Shown: piece after piece, positions 17,133 to 25,358 of the stretch
Numbering within the stretch: position 1 is the first letter of the stretch
Layout of the letters: each line of letters opens with the position of its first letter
IMG/VR virus record: IMGVR_UViG_3300023371_000080
DNA: 64,000 nt
Source: a virus
Lineage: Duplodnaviria > Heunggongvirae > Uroviricota > Caudoviricetes
Direction: 5' to 3' (one strand)
The notes under the pieces: generated by a model
What the model was told of the DNA's origin: nothing
The model's database searches: none
The model's input: only the letters and a program-made list of their open reading frames with translations
Position numbers and translations under genes: made by a program

Positions 17133-17565
17133 ATTTTGTATTGTGAATTTTCTTAGCCTGCTCTCCGAGGAAATTTGCATCTGATTCAAACCAGATAGAA
17201 TAGTAGTCGGGAAGTTCATTTAAATCCTTTACTTCACTCATAACTATCAATTTACGATACCACCATCTTACTACGGAGGGGATGCCGATGATAAACGGGA
17301 AGAGTGGACCGAAGATGCAACTCTGAATGGCGTGGCCATGTTCGTGCCACTTGGTAAATTCGCTATCCCTGTCATCTATCACCATTACGGGCCCAAAGCT
17401 TACGCCGCCCCAATTGTGACCGACATTGAAGCACATGCAATTACCCCAACGCTTAGGTTTGTGACTAGTAATAACGAGGGCGAGAGCAACGATGGCTCCA
17501 ATGATTGTCATAATGGAGCCCCAAGTGAACGACAAAAGATAGAATAAAAATTTGTTGCGCATCAT
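17131..17565 (-). CDS. small membrane protein with HExxH motif (possible holin-position protein or membrane metalloprotein)
   Basis: Start reset to MMRNKF (17565) because the ORF-track N-terminus overlaps tRNA-Gln; TM helix FLFYLLSFTWGSIMTIIGAIVALALVI; HEHGH motif. Confidence 0.4.
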   Translation of the reverse strand: MMRNKFLFYLLSFTWGSIMTIIGAIVALALVITSHKPKRWGNCMCFNVGHNWGGVSFGPVMVIDDRDSEFTKWHEHGHAIQSCIFGPLFPFIIGIPSVVRWWYRKLIVMSEVKDLNELPDYYSIWFESDANFLGEQAKKIHNTK

Positions 17566-17666
17566 AAATTTAACGCTCCTTATATAATTTGGTCGAATAT
17601 GTCCGATTCGAACGGCTCCCCGTGCTTCCAATGCACGTATGCTACCATTACACCACATACTCGATA

Positions 17667-17742
17667 TGGCTGGCGATGTAGGATTTGAACCTACGAATAA
17701 CGGAGTCAAAGTCCGCAGTGTTGACCGCTTCACCAATCGCCA
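17667..17742 (-). tRNA. tRNA-Gln (anticodon UUG)
   Basis: rc gives TGGCGAT acceptor, anticodon loop CTTTGAC, T-arm GTAGGTTCAAATCCTAC, encoded GCCA end. Confidence 0.6.
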
Positions 17743-17892
17743 GTATAGATGGCGATTCTTAACTCTTTCGAGAGGCCAATCGCCTTAGCCTTGAGCCGTC
17801 TGTTCCCAGCAGATGACTCACTGAATTGTGAAGCGTATTGCTTCAATAAAAATGTGATTAAATCGTGCGAGGTTCCGTCTTAGAACTTCTGC

Positions 17893-17977
17893 TGGCGCAA
17901 AGGGAGGGATTCGAACCCTCGGACTCCGAAGAGTCGCCGCGTTAGCAGTGCGGTGCAATCGACCAGACTCTGCCACC
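17893..17977 (-). tRNA. class II tRNA, probably tRNA-Ser (GCU)
   Basis: rc ends GAGGGTTCGAATCCCTCCCTTTGCGCCA; long variable arm; anticodon loop CTGCTAA. Confidence 0.45.
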
Positions 17978-18479
17978 TTTGCATATGAATACGGTTAACT
18001 TTCCTCAAGATGACGATCCAAGGAGATTTGAACTCAGTTCACCGTAAGCATCACACCACGCCAATGCTTAAGACCGCCATATGTAAGAAGAAAGTATAAG
18101 TGTCCTTAAGGAACCTTTTCTACACTGGTAGATAGGCAATTTCACCAAGCAGTATGCCTTAACACAGTACACTACACTCCCTCTGCTTGGGTTTCATTGG
18201 GCTGTTCATCTAACTCCATTTCACCACTGCTGCTATCTCCTTGTTATACTCATTACAGCAAGAATTTCTTCTTCATTCGAGTTCCTTTTGTGTAACGCCA
18301 ACACCAAATGCGTCTACCAATCGGAAGGCTTCGTGGCACCCAACTTAACTTCCTTGATTAGGCGCAAGGGAACGCCACACTTAAGCAGGCGGATATTCCT
18401 CCGCAGTAGAATTTCTCATGACCAAATCCTCCTTTGCTAAGTATCGTAAGCTTTTGAGCTTGTTTTTGTCCTTACGGAC
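17978..18479. other. ORF-free, relatively GC-rich ~500-bp region inside tRNA island with tRNA-like fragments (possible pseudo-tRNAs or structured ncRNA)
   Basis: No ORF >=60 aa on either strand; contains GAGTTCAAATCTCC T-loop-like segment and AAGCAT..ATGCTT hairpin. Confidence 0.3.
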
Positions 18480-18581
18480 TGGAGCGATAGGCTAGATTCG
18501 AACTAGCATGTCTACCAAGACTTAAACGGAATCGAACCGCACGGGCTATAACCCCACTTTACCATTATAGTTTACTATCGC
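18480..18581 (-). tRNA. atypical ~100-nt tRNA-like element with two T-arm-like hairpins and encoded CCA
   Basis: rc: GCGATAG acceptor .. GCGGTTCGATTCCGT .. GCTAGTTCGAATCTAGC-CTATCGC-T-CCA; too long for a canonical tRNA. Confidence 0.3.
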
Positions 18582-18878
18582 GCATGCCCCACACTTAACG
18601 CTAACAGACTCCTACTGACCAGTGGGCTACGGCTATGACATTACTTCATTCTGCTTCGAAGGGACATTTGTTATCCGCATTTCCTTACGGGCAAGACCTG
18701 CTTTCACCCATTTGCAATTGGGTTTCTTTTAATAATCCTTCGGCTTAACCCCGCCTACCACGCGGGTGCTTTATTTCGAATTACGCATTCTTACTTGCGT
18801 ACCATTAACCTACAACGCTATTCGACAGGGTTGTTATAATTTTTTACTAGCAGACCTTAACAACTTATCATACTGCCC

Positions 18879-18954
18879 TGGTGAGTCTGGAGAGATTCGA
18901 ACTCTCGACCCCGTGATTAAAAGTCACGTGCTCTGCCAACTGAGCTACAGACTC
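18879..18954 (-). tRNA. tRNA-Lys (anticodon UUU)
   Basis: rc: GAGTCTGTAGCTCAGTTGGCAGAGCACGTGACTTTTAATCACGGGGTCGAGAGTTCGAATCTCTCCAGACTCACCA, canonical cloverleaf. Confidence 0.75.
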
Positions 18955-18962
18955 ATATAAAG

Positions 18963-19015
18963 TGAGATTTCTAAAACCCTCCACAGTGGGAAACTCCATC
19001 TCGATGTTTTTTTAT
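18963..19015. repeat. conserved nested-hairpin element E1 immediately 5' of tRNA-Lys (hairpin + T7 on plus strand)
   Basis: GAGATTTCTAAAACC-CTCCACAGTGGGA-AACTCCATCTC GATGTTTTTTT; near-identical architecture to E2. Confidence 0.45.
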
Positions 19016-19043
19016 TACAGGAGGTGATCGTATGATGTACGAA

Positions 19044-19127
19044 TGGTGCAGATACTGGGATTCCAACCCAGACGCCTTGCAGCAATAGATCCTAAGTCTA
19101 TCGTGTCTTGCAGTTCCACCATATCTG
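19044..19127 (-). tRNA. class II tRNA, probably tRNA-Leu (UAG)
   Basis: rc: GCAGATA acceptor, anticodon arm ATAGA-CTTAGGA-TCTAT, long variable arm, T-arm CTGGGTTGGAATCCCAG, TATCTGC-A-CCA. Confidence 0.5.
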
Positions 19128-19131
19128 CATA

Positions 19132-19216
19132 TTGGTGCGAATGGTGGGACTTGAACCCACACGCTTTATAGCAATGGTGTTTGAGACCACATCGTCTGCC
19201 AATTCCGACACACTCG
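19132..19216 (-). tRNA. class II tRNA, probably tRNA-Leu (CAA)
   Basis: rc: GCGAGTG acceptor, anticodon loop CTCAAAC, T-arm GTGGGTTCAAGTCCCAC, CATTCGC-A-CCA. Confidence 0.6.
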
Positions 19217-19224
19217 CATATAGA

Positions 19225-19275
19225 TGAGACGTCTAAAACCTACTGCAATAGGAAACTTCGTCTCAAGTTTTTTTA
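19225..19275. repeat. conserved nested-hairpin element E2 immediately 5' of tRNA-Leu(CAA)
   Basis: GAGACGTCTAAAACC-TACTGCAATAGGA-AACTTCGTCTC AAGTTTTTTT. Confidence 0.45.
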
Positions 19276-19368
19276 ACTTTTGGAGGTCTGACGTGCAAAC
19301 AAATCTCGCTACGTGCTCTCCCTAACAGCGTACAACTCCTTACGAGCGTGGGTGTTGCCCTCTTACGA

Positions 19369-19412
19369 GGTCGCAGGGTTACTGGTTTGGAGAGCGCCTA
19401 CTACTAACCCTT
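19369..19412 (+). terminator. terminator-like hairpin + T-run on plus strand
   Basis: GGGTTA..(loop)..TAACCC followed by TTTTTCG. Confidence 0.3.
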
Positions 19413-19425
19413 TTTCGATAGTTAT

Positions 19426-19923
19426 TTATGACAAGAAATTTTTCGACTTATATTTATGTATGTTCTTGCCCTTATAATTGTCGGTTAAGGCATGACAATT
19501 AGGACATAATAATTGTAAATTTTCTATATTGTTATTTTCTTTATTTCCATCTTTATGATGTACTTCAAGTGGTATAGGAACATTATTCCATAATGTATTT
19601 TTACAACACTCACAAATATGTTCTTTAAGTCCCTCGCGAAGAAGTTTCTTTCTTATTTTGTTGGTTTGAACATTTTTACTTTTAATATATTCATTAAATG
19701 GAACATATCTATCACTTTCATAAGTTTTTCCAGATAACCAACCTTGTCCAGTGAAATGAGATATATCGAGATTTAATTCTTGAATCATTGATTGCAAAGT
19801 TATATAACTAGAACCGCACTTACTGTATCCTAATTTTTGAGATAATGTTGACCAACTATAACTTTCTTTTACATATTGTTCAATCTCTTGTCTGGTGTAA
19901 TTTCTCCATTTTGCTTTCTTCAT
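19426..19923 (-). CDS. HNH homing endonuclease inserted in tRNA island
   Basis: HNH motif EVHHKDGNKENNNIENLQLLCPNCHA; 165 aa. Confidence 0.8.
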   Translation of the reverse strand: MKKAKWRNYTRQEIEQYVKESYSWSTLSQKLGYSKCGSSYITLQSMIQELNLDISHFTGQGWLSGKTYESDRYVPFNEYIKSKNVQTNKIRKKLLREGLKEHICECCKNTLWNNVPIPLEVHHKDGNKENNNIENLQLLCPNCHALTDNYKGKNIHKYKSKNFLS

Positions 19924-20010
19924 ATGATACCCTCTTCAATATAATTTAAAGAGTAATTTTTCAGGTATCTTTTATCGCATCTTTTATAGAAAAACTACTG
20001 CCTTTCGGCT

Positions 20011-20160
20011 GGTAGGGCGAGAGGGATTCGAACCCTCAAAACACGGATTTTTGGTGGAAGACCCAAGAATTGAACTCAGACCTCGTTACTAGATTATTGT
20101 GCTTCCGTTACACCAATCTCCCAAGTCCGCTGTCTCTGCCAGTTTGACTACCGCCCCGTT
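20011..20160 (-). tRNA. tRNA-like fragments (canonical T-arm/acceptor 3' half GAGGGTTCGAATCCCTCTCGCCCTACCA plus upstream D-arm-like and CCACCA-ending segment); possibly degenerate or intron/insert-containing tRNA
   Basis: read from rc; no clean single cloverleaf could be built by hand. Confidence 0.25.
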
Positions 20161-20321
20161 TTGTTTTGTTTGATTGAGCCATCGGACTTCCACCGATGGG
20201 ATGTGTGGTGAGCTTCGTGTTTGCAACCACTTCTCACGGTCTTTTTAATCCATCCACTTGCGACCAACATTTTAATTAATTTACACACATTTTTCATATC
20301 TTGTACTTTTAAGAGATTTTC

Positions 20322-20400
20322 TTTTCGGTCATCCTCAGAAGATTCGAACTCCATCTCACCCTGCTATTGGGTGAGCTCTACCCTTGAGCTATCGTTGGAC
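20322..20400 (-). tRNA. tRNA-like segment with canonical D-arm (TAGCTCAAGGGTAGAGC) and anticodon stem CACCC/GGGTG but aberrant T-arm (possible pseudo-tRNA)
   Basis: rc of ggtcatcctcagaagattcgaactccatctcaccctgctattgggtgagctctacccttgagctatcgttggac. Confidence 0.25.
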
Positions 20401-20519
20401 TAATCTCTGCCACCCATTTCAGAGGTGTACGGTCTCTTAAGAAATGGTTCGTACTTGTGGCATACTTAATATGGCTTTGTACTCACTACTCAATCATTTT
20501 GTCTTGTTTCTGTTGTGCC

Positions 20520-20553
20520 TATATTATAGCACAACTTTTTCGTTTTGTCAATA
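20520..20553 (-). promoter_or_regulatory. strong promoter module upstream of the tRNA island (TTGACA -17- extended TGCTATAAT) with TTTACAAT repeats at 20561-20580
   Basis: minus strand TTGACAAAACGAAAAAGTTGTGCTATAAT; no protein gene downstream before the tRNAs. Confidence 0.5.
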
Positions 20554-20587
20554 CCTTTTCGTAATCGTTTACAATCTGTTTACAATT

Positions 20588-20803
20588 TTAAATAATCCAA
20601 GGAAGGATTATGCCTGAGATGTCCTTATCACAGTAACAGTAGATTGTCTTCCACTCGACGGTGTAAACCGCCCCCAGTAGCGACTTCGCTGAAACTCTAT
20701 TACCATCATCGTCTTCAAGGATGACCTTTTCAGTTACTGTAGACACCGTATCTACAAATGATCGAATATCACTCATAGTATCAAGTCTAATTCTCTGTCT
20801 CAT
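20588..20803 (-). CDS. hypothetical protein
   Basis: 71-aa ORF downstream of promoter 20833..20866. Confidence 0.4.
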   Translation of the reverse strand: MRQRIRLDTMSDIRSFVDTVSTVTEKVILEDDDGNRVSAKSLLGAVYTVEWKTIYCYCDKDISGIILPWII

Positions 20804-20832
20804 TCTTTTTATGTCCTCTCTTATGTTGTGCT

Positions 20833-20866
20833 AATATTATATCATAATCATTCTGTTTTGTCAATA
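20833..20866 (-). promoter_or_regulatory. sigma70-type promoter
   Basis: minus strand TTGACA (20859-20864) -17- TATAAT (20836-20841). Confidence 0.5.
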
Positions 20867-20915
20867 TGCAAAATGTACAAAAATTATAGTTATTATTTTG
20901 TATATATTGTACAAA

Positions 20916-21824
20916 CTAGTGGGCCGCCTTATCGGCTTCGTGAAGTTGCATTATATCATTATACAATTCTTCTCCCCAAAGCCTACGATACTTATTGTGC
21001 AACTTCTCATTATTATCCTTTTCCCAGAAGTAAGGTTGCATGTGCCAACGAATTAAAACTGCAACATACAGCAGATCTATCTTATCAGAAAAATCTTCGC
21101 GATAAAATAAACTATCATAGCTGCCTGTGTGCTCGTGGTTGTAATAATGAGCTTGTTCGGTTATCTCACCTTTTGTATTTTTGAATGTCTTGCAAAATGG
21201 TTTACCGCAATCGTGCAGCATTCCAGCGAATTTAAGTTCCTTCGACGTATTATTTAATTTAACACATACTGCTTCACAATGCTCGCCTAACGTTAAAGTA
21301 TGATGTGTATTATGTTGATTAAAATGTTTATTCGCAAGATAAAAATTGTTAGGGAGTCTATAATTCGTATCATAATGCATAACTATTATATCATCCCATC
21401 CCTCATAGTCCCACGGCGGATCAAAATTCGTATACATTCTTTTGATAACATACTCAGGCACTTTTCTGTCTCTTTTTGCACTACGCTCAAGACAGGTCTC
21501 GTATGGAGTCGCCATTAATACACAGACTTTTTTACAGGGAATATTCTTTAATTCCTGTAAAAACGCTTTACGCTCCTTATAGTGGACACAACAAGCATCA
21601 TATATACAACTTTTCCCACTCCTTAAATCATCCTTAACGCGCTGATGGAGTGTCTTGAAGACTAAGACGTTGTTTTCTTGATTATTAGTGTCTCCTGTAA
21701 GCTCCTCACGAATAGCGTCACTAGAATGAATATTGGCGTTGTAGTTCTTGGCAAGTCTTATGGCTTCTGTGGATTTGCCACTACAGGGTAAACCGCACAT
21801 CATCCAAAAAGTCGGTCTATTCAT
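20916..21824 (-). CDS. bifunctional polynucleotide kinase (P-loop) / HD-domain phosphohydrolase (RNA/DNA end-healing enzyme)
   Basis: N-terminal Walker A MMCGLPCSGKST (PNK/AAA_33-like), C-terminal HD signatures LHDCGK and NHEHTG. Confidence 0.6.
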   Translation of the reverse strand: MNRPTFWMMCGLPCSGKSTEAIRLAKNYNANIHSSDAIREELTGDTNNQENNVLVFKTLHQRVKDDLRSGKSCIYDACCVHYKERKAFLQELKNIPCKKVCVLMATPYETCLERSAKRDRKVPEYVIKRMYTNFDPPWDYEGWDDIIVMHYDTNYRLPNNFYLANKHFNQHNTHHTLTLGEHCEAVCVKLNNTSKELKFAGMLHDCGKPFCKTFKNTKGEITEQAHYYNHEHTGSYDSLFYREDFSDKIDLLYVAVLIRWHMQPYFWEKDNNEKLHNKYRRLWGEELYNDIMQLHEADKAAH

Positions 21825-22618
21825 TTGTCTATTTCCTTTCTAAAACTATGCTTTAACACATCAAATAACACGCTATTCATAATCTCATCAACCTCAGAGT
21901 CGATAACCAATGGGTGGGTATCCATATATTCTTGCTTTGTAAGTTTAACAAGATATTCAATGTTATTTGCCATTTGCCTTGCTTCTTCCAATGAATGAAT
22001 ATACTCAGCCTTAACGTTGATTAAATACTGAGGGTTCGTAGGAATAAGACATTCTGCATAAGAAGTTCCAGCGATATACCTATTAAGAAACTCTTCACAA
22101 CGAATAATGTGGTGCAATTGTTTATTGTCGTAACCATACTTTTTGATCTTTTCAATAAGTGTGGGATACGGATGTTCCATCGCTTTATGCTTTTCGTACA
22201 CCATTCCTGCAATGCAATTAACCGCCGCATAGTTATTATAGTGCGCTATCTTTTCATTGCTATCAAACATAGGTTGATATAAATCTGCATATTCTGGATT
22301 AAGATACTTATATTTCGTGAATAGGATTTCTATGAAGTTGATATTTTGCTTACGAAAACAATCGTGCATTAATCTGATATCTTTAATATCTATATGTTCG
22401 TTGCTCGGCAATATTAATGTTGTGCTTGCAGGTTTACGATTAAGCACGAAGTCTTCAAATGCGGGAATGACTATCGCCTTAGTGTCGATATCGCTGCCCT
22501 CATAATCAAGATGGTAGTTTTGGGAGCCTTGAAGAAAAACTCCCAAAACCTTATAGCCCAAAGAGGCGGCATAATCAAAATCGGATTTCAGTCTATTGAA
22601 AATTTTATCATCTTTCAT
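21821..22618 (-). CDS. Pol-beta-superfamily nucleotidyltransferase
   Basis: GSQNYHLDYEGSDIDTKAIV = GS-x10-SDxD nucleotidyltransferase motif; 265 aa. Confidence 0.5.
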   Translation of the reverse strand: MKDDKIFNRLKSDFDYAASLGYKVLGVFLQGSQNYHLDYEGSDIDTKAIVIPAFEDFVLNRKPASTTLILPSNEHIDIKDIRLMHDCFRKQNINFIEILFTKYKYLNPEYADLYQPMFDSNEKIAHYNNYAAVNCIAGMVYEKHKAMEHPYPTLIEKIKKYGYDNKQLHHIIRCEEFLNRYIAGTSYAECLIPTNPQYLINVKAEYIHSLEEARQMANNIEYLVKLTKQEYMDTHPLVIDSEVDEIMNSVLFDVLKHSFRKEIDK

Positions 22619-22628
22619 TTAAATCTCC

Positions 22629-23846
22629 TTAATTTCCAATCTCAATCAAATACTTAATAGTCATCTGGTCTTCCTTATACACTACAATCTCATCATTTCG
22701 AAGCATACCTCTATCGGCGTGTGCATGTAGGCAGTTTGCTCCCTGCTTAAACTGTTGTAACTTATTATAATCAAGGTTATAATACTTGCTGTCAAAATTG
22801 TACACATCATAAGGCGTTCCATAAGCCACATCAAAGATTGCCATATAAGCAGTGTTGTTACCGCCGTGAGCCCAATAAGAACCAGAGAGCGAGGTATAAC
22901 CAATACTCTTTGCACACTTGGGGGCGTAATACACTCCGTACCCAAACATCTTTCCTGTAATTACGGCATTAGTAGGTCTAAGTACTAAGCCTGTCTTAAT
23001 AATAGACCAGAAATTCTCACTACGACTGCCATGGAACAGAAGTCTAGTGTCCTTGATGTCATTCTCCTTAACAAACTTATCAAAACGCTCCTGAGTCTTC
23101 AGATTGGTAACTCTCCAAGCCTTTTTAAACTTATCAGCGGATTCTTTCATCAAAGTCTTAATTAGGGCAATATCATCTTTTGTAGTTTCTTCCATAACAA
23201 GACCAAGCTCTTCGAGAATGGTCTGCTGTTTCTTTTCGGTTGTGGTAACAGACTCAATCTCTGGCTTCACATAAATCTGTCCACGCATTACATCAAGAAG
23301 ATCTTGCTCCTTGGTGATAATCTTTGAAAAATCTTCTGTCTTATTTGCCAGACAATAACGTACATCACTCATTCTTCTAGGAATAACTGTAAACAAGTTA
23401 AGCAGATTGGCATTAAACGCATCAACGGTTATGCTATTATTGGCGAGCTCATCAATAATCTTCTGTGCTGCATCCACCATATCCTGAGTAACAGCAGATG
23501 CTTTTACAGTATAGTTCTTGTTAATAGTCTCACGGGCAAGACTCTGAAGCTTATCCACAATTGCTTTTATGGCTGCGTTCTCAATGTCCTTGTATGGGCT
23601 TTCAGGATTGGTAGAGGAAACTTCCTCCACCAAGTCCTTCTTAAGATCAGTTACATCCTGGTAACCCTTTTTGAGTTTTGATTTGATTTGTGAATCCCAT
23701 TTAGACATAGGATAATATGCTGTTGTTTTAGTTGCATCTACTCTGCCGTATTCAACACGGAACTGATTGCCTTCTGGAAAAAGATTATAGTACTTATTAT
23801 TATTTGCCGTAGTTACCATAATCAAATAAGTAGGTCTTACTTCCAT
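22629..23846 (-). CDS. poly(ADP-ribose) polymerase-like protein (WGR domain + PARP catalytic domain, H-Y-E type)
   Basis: N-term KYYNLFPEGNQFRVEYGRVDA (WGR-like); catalytic LLFHGSRSENFWSIIKTGL, GKMFGYGVYYA, NDEIVVY matching PARP1 LLWHGSR/GYMFGKGIYFA/YNEYIVY. Confidence 0.75.
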   Translation of the reverse strand: MEVRPTYLIMVTTANNNKYYNLFPEGNQFRVEYGRVDATKTTAYYPMSKWDSQIKSKLKKGYQDVTDLKKDLVEEVSSTNPESPYKDIENAAIKAIVDKLQSLARETINKNYTVKASAVTQDMVDAAQKIIDELANNSITVDAFNANLLNLFTVIPRRMSDVRYCLANKTEDFSKIITKEQDLLDVMRGQIYVKPEIESVTTTEKKQQTILEELGLVMEETTKDDIALIKTLMKESADKFKKAWRVTNLKTQERFDKFVKENDIKDTRLLFHGSRSENFWSIIKTGLVLRPTNAVITGKMFGYGVYYAPKCAKSIGYTSLSGSYWAHGGNNTAYMAIFDVAYGTPYDVYNFDSKYYNLDYNKLQQFKQGANCLHAHADRGMLRNDEIVVYKEDQMTIKYLIEIGN

Positions 23847-23858
23847 AGCACCCTCCTA

Positions 23859-24284
23859 TCAAATCTCACAAAACAGAATTTCAACATCCGTATCTTCAAA
23901 GACTTCACAAATAATATCGTAAACCTTGTCCCAATCGAGACGGTCGAGTCCCGATGCAATTTTCGGCATTGCAAGCTTAGTAGTAGCATTCGTTTCCATT
24001 ATGTCTCTCATAGTCTCAAGCGCTTCTTTAACCGCCTCGTATCTTGGCTTATGATAACACTTAGGCTTAGTTACAAGGTTAAATACATTATCAATAAGAA
24101 GCGCATCTCCGCCTTTGTAAGAGTACATATCATACTCTCTGAAGAGCTTAAATCTCATATTGTAAACTTCATCAAAAGTCTTTGCTATACCTGCACCAAG
24201 TGCAAAATCTGCACTAATGCAATGAGCAAGATAATAACCCTGAGGTACCGTAAATAAATCTCTCTGTTCAATGGTAATATTCAT
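23859..24284 (-). CDS. macrodomain protein (ADP-ribose binding/processing)
   Basis: YLAHCISADFALGAGIAKTF .. NVFNLVTK .. LAMPKIASGLDRLDW pattern of macro (A1pp/Poa1p-like) domains; 141 aa. Confidence 0.6.
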   Translation of the reverse strand: MNITIEQRDLFTVPQGYYLAHCISADFALGAGIAKTFDEVYNMRFKLFREYDMYSYKGGDALLIDNVFNLVTKPKCYHKPRYEAVKEALETMRDIMETNATTKLAMPKIASGLDRLDWDKVYDIICEVFEDTDVEILFCEI

Positions 24285-24302
24285 AATACTTCTCCTTCGT
24301 TA

Positions 24303-25358
24303 TTACTTTCCTTCATCGAAAATATCGGACGGAAGAATATACCGACCATCACTGCCTACCACAAGCGGAAGTTCTCCATTCCAACCTTCTGCCATAATCT
24401 TTTCAATAAGGGCATCGGTAATAGACTCTGCAATCTGCTTGTTCGCCTCTGCCTCTGCGGCAGCCTGAATTTTAAGCGCCTCGGCCTTTGCCTTTGCGAT
24501 CTCAATTTCTGCCTGAGCCTCCTTAAGCTTTGCCTGTGCCTTTGCTTCTGCGGCAATAACTTCTGCCTTTGCTTCAGCATCTGCTTTTGCAAGGTTGGCC
24601 TCATTCTTGTTCTCTTGGATAATCAAATCCTGCTCAGATGCAAACTTAGCATCAATTGCCTCCTGGATATCGGGATTCTCAAAAGAAAATCCTTCCTTAA
24701 TGCCAAGAACAGTAATGGTAATACCATATTCCTTGAAATATTCAACTACGGCAGTCTTGACCTTTTCTACAATTTCTGCCTTATGAGTATGAAGCTCAGT
24801 GCTCTTATACTGGCTAGTTGCGATATTAAACTGATCCTCAACCATCTTCTTGATATCAGTATCAATAATGGTTTCAAGAGGAGTATTGTTATAACGGTAA
24901 AGGAACTTAGCAGCATCCTTTTCCTCAATCATAGCCGTGCAGTTCATACCGACATAAATTCCAATGGCATCGGATGTTTCACCAAAAATAGCCTTATTGC
25001 TACTGGTTGCAGCAGAATCGCCAGATTCCCAAGAACGAGATACGGGCTTGCGCTCAACAACAATTACAGTTGCAGAAGGACGCCAGTTACCCATCCAATG
25101 ACGACGACCAGTCTGGACCCAGCGATGCGGGATCTGAATCTCTTTGGTTGCAACCTTGGTTTCGAGAAGCAGAGCCTCAGACTCAAAAGTGCCCTGATTG
25201 GTGGTGTCGCCTATAAGAGGAATGAGGAACGCAGTCTGCGAGGGTTCGATAGTCATAAATTCGGGCTTGTCGTAAGGTTTGCGGCAACTAGTGAAGCAGC
25301 AAAGAATGAGAGTAAGAAGTGTTGCGAGAATAAAAGTTCTAAAAATAGTCTTTTTCAT
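24303..25358 (-). CDS. SPFH/band-7 domain lipoprotein with Ala/Glu/Lys coiled-coil
   Basis: Lipobox LILCCFTSC, band-7 core, AEAKAEVIAAEAKAQAKLKEAQAEIEIAKAKAEALK region. Confidence 0.55.
   Translation of the reverse strand: MKKTIFRTFILATLLTLILCCFTSCRKPYDKPEFMTIEPSQTAFLIPLIGDTTNQGTFESEALLLETKVATKEIQIPHRWVQTGRRHWMGNWRPSATVIVVERKPVSRSWESGDSAATSSNKAIFGETSDAIGIYVGMNCTAMIEEKDAAKFLYRYNNTPLETIIDTDIKKMVEDQFNIATSQYKSTELHTHKAEIVEKVKTAVVEYFKEYGITITVLGIKEGFSFENPDIQEAIDAKFASEQDLIIQENKNEANLAKADAEAKAEVIAAEAKAQAKLKEAQAEIEIAKAKAEALKIQAAAEAEANKQIAESITDALIEKIMAEGWNGELPLVVGSDGRYILPSDIFDEGK

Noticed and set aside
17565-17736. N-terminal extension of ORF 17131..17736 and ORFs 18766..18960, 18971..19162, 20148..20354, 20221..20403
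   Set aside because: They overlap well-formed tRNA genes or tRNA-like sequences, and their translations (GSNPTSPA.. etc.) reflect tRNA sequence rather than protein coding.
17978-18600. tmRNA, RNase P RNA or group I intron in the ORF-free tRNA-island segment
   Set aside because: No ANDENYALAA-type tag reading frame ending in a tRNA-Ala-like acceptor, no GGAAAGUCCGG P4-type motif and no P/Q/R/S intron core were recognisable. Only tRNA-like fragments were seen.
22629-23846. Interpreting the 405-aa protein as Tpt1/KptA RNA 2'-phosphotransferase instead of PARP
   Set aside because: The sequence carries the PARP H-G-S / Y-G-x-G-x-Y-F-A / E-I-V-V-Y signature and a WGR-like N-terminus, not the Tpt1 R-H-R-R tetrad. 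Tpt1-like chemistry is therefore only a functional analogy.
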